Source of the DNA: Takakia lepidozioides
Lineage: Eukaryota > Plantae > Bryophyta
Direction: 5' to 3'
DNA length: 64,000 nucleotides
Assembly: GCA_030704615.1 (NCBI GenBank)
Contig: CM060733.1
Span: 806,001 to 870,000 of the forward strand
The translations under genes were made by a program, and so were the position numbers. Position 1 is the stretch's first letter. Every line of letters begins with the position of its first letter. Under the pieces are notes generated by a model. The model had not been told where the DNA came from. It saw only the letters and a program-made list of their open reading frames with translations, and made no database searches. Of the stretch, positions 61,601-64,000 are shown in pieces.

Positions 61601-64000
61601 TCAGCATCGAGGATGTTGGTGTGCAGAGCTGCAGTGCTCAGGGCCCAGGGAAGTTCTCAGCATAGTGCTTGACAAGCATTATGAAATGTATTTCTTTGCA
61701 AGCTGGGCTGAAGGACTTAGCATCAGACAATATTGTATCTAGCTCACAGGCCGCGCGAACTTCGAAGTATCGGTAATAATTCAAGAGATCTGTCAGAGTG
61801 CTAGTGCAACTTATGGGCTCGGGCCAAATACTAAAACGGATTTCTGGAGATGATTGGTCTCCGAAAGCCGTGACCGAGTTCGTACTAGTACTTGTAATGA
61901 CCTTGGATTTATAGCCATCTTTGTCTATCCAAAGTCCAACGACGTTAGAACTTGTGTACACGTATGCTAAAAGTCCAACGCATCGTTCTCTTAAATGCTG
62001 AGATCTTGAACCTGCAGCGGCGCTCAATGACAAAGTGTGAAGTACGTGTATCGTGGGTATACCAAGTGACAAGTGTGCGCCACTTGACATCTGGCATTTG
62101 ACTGATTCCACTGGAGAAAGCTTTGAAGAGTCTCCGATTTGAGTCAAAGTTTGTCATGCGTCAATTTCTAGATCTGAGAGGCATATTCACAAGACAGAGT
62201 CCTCATGCTGTAGTGAGTTCCTTCAGGAGCAGCTGCCTCAAATGGTCGACTAAAGCACCTTGGCCCGTCCGGATGGATTCCTTACCCTAGTAAAAACCTT
62301 TAGTTCGTGTACCTTGTACGGTCAGTAGGACTAAACTAGACACTATCTCTCAATGCACAGCTTCTAAGACACGTCTCCGGATTCTCGAACGGCGTCCATA
62401 CTCTCTAGAGAGAGATGAACTATACGTTCGACTGCAGATTAAATCTCGATTATTGAACACCGTTCGAGTTTTCTGTCTGTGTATTCATACTTCCGAGTCA
62501 ACCAGATGTTCACGAGTTCCAAACTTCTTCAGTACGTACGATATATACGGATTCCATTCCTAAAGTCACTTGAGGGTTTGGACATCAATATACAATGGTG
62601 TTATGGAACTTAAATTGTGATTGTTCAACTAGTTATATCATGGCCCCTTATATGTCAGTGAGCTGTTCCGAGCTCACTCCCATCTGCTTTCGACTCGGCC
62701 CGCGCCCAGTACTGTAACTTCAATTGACAGTGGTGGCTCGATGAACTGGCTTAAGTTTCAGGGCGATTCTTGCTGTTACAGAATGTGATCACGCCCCGGT
62801 CACACCTAATATTTCATTATCAACCTTTATCATCGGACTGGATTCCATATCAGATCTTCCTCTTTGCAAGTACTCAAGGACATTGTACAGTAGCTCGATC
62901 GATGTTGTTGCTTGAAGCTACTAATTCGCAGTCACCGAAATACCTGTGCGTAAGTAGTTCACAGGAGCTGGCCCGGAAGAGAGTGAGAGAAGGATAGGGA
63001 TAAGTAGCTGGGGTGTTCCCCCACTTGTTGTTTCATCGCTTCAAGCACGCGAGTCTAGGAGAAAACGAGCACTCTCATGAATATAGGTATGCTGAAAATC
63101 TTGAGACATCTATATATAGACTGGATATGCTCCTACATTTCACAGTGTCCAGTACTAGTTTCACATGAGAATAAAGTACATGTAAAGGAGAGATGTGTAC
63201 TTGACTGAGACTCGACGGTTGATGTTACTGACGGATCTCGAGCGAGAAGTTTTGCTGCCCCATTTGGAATCCCTGCCCAACATTATGTAGCACTGAAGCA
63301 ATTCAGGCAGCACCTTCAGCAGCACCAACTCATGAAGTTTGAAATGTTCAGTACAAGCAGCTACAAAACTTAGGAGATCCTCATGAACTTAGAGAAACAA
63401 ATGCTGATCACAACAATTGATCATCGGTTGGTCACCCATGATGTGCAATTTACTGGTCACTATGTACATAGTTGTTACAGCTCAAGATTTATAAGAGAAG
63501 ACTTCGACCGTCGAAGCCAGCTTACGTAAGAGCCACTTCACCCTTGCGAGCTCGGCTCAGTTGATATTACATACATTAATTATTTAGCACCGCTCACAAT
63601 CGGCATTTCTCCATGCCTACGTAATAACCCTAAATCACGGAATTTCAAGTTAATGTTCAAAGCGCCGACACACGCTTTTCACTGGCTGAGCTCAAGTGAT
63701 CGGAAGACACCTTGCGAACCGCTCTTGAGAGAAAATTCAGGTTCAAATTGGTACTAGGAATGAGGGAATCAGCACATTAATGACCTGCTGCACTAGTACT
63801 TTCGATGGAGAACTATTTCAAGCTATAAGTTCAAGGCCGAGCTATCCACCTAGAGAGCTTCACATCTCCAAATCCCTCTACAAGAATTGAGCGGCATGCA
63901 GAGTGTATATTGCAGGAGAGTCCTGAAAACAAAGAGCGTGAGAATTTCATCTCGAGCAGTTTCATCTCTCTAACAAACTCACCCCTCGTTATGAGGGGTC

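Overview
Eukaryotic, intron-containing DNA, most likely from a non-seed land plant (inferred from PLS-type PPR fragments, CACTA and plant-type Ty3/Gypsy elements). It is a nested, rearranged transposon graveyard with many C-to-T-type stops. Main candidate system: a large DNA transposon (at least 10.9 kb, 5178-16094). It pairs a GCM/WRKY-like Zn-finger + MULE-like transposase (- strand) head-to-head with a spliced gene encoding a bacterial-type ParB/Srx-like domain (DGNHRL) and a beta-class amino (N4C/N6A) methyltransferase-like domain. More than 30 copies of a palindrome with core CGGCGCCG lie between the two genes and in one intron. A diverged second copy of the ParB-MTase gene (34582-38501) keeps the intron positions, motifs, palindrome core and terminal sequence. 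The window also holds a Ty3/Gypsy element with a C5-cytosine methyltransferase between protease and RT, now in three scrambled pieces. A Tat/Ogre-like element is nested in it (GTGTT target duplication). Other content: a complete CACTA element carrying PPR and OSB-like fragments, a 181-bp tandem repeat, LINE/copia relics and an ABCC pseudogene. All calls come from motif reading by eye, with no database searches; boundaries marked ~ are approximate.
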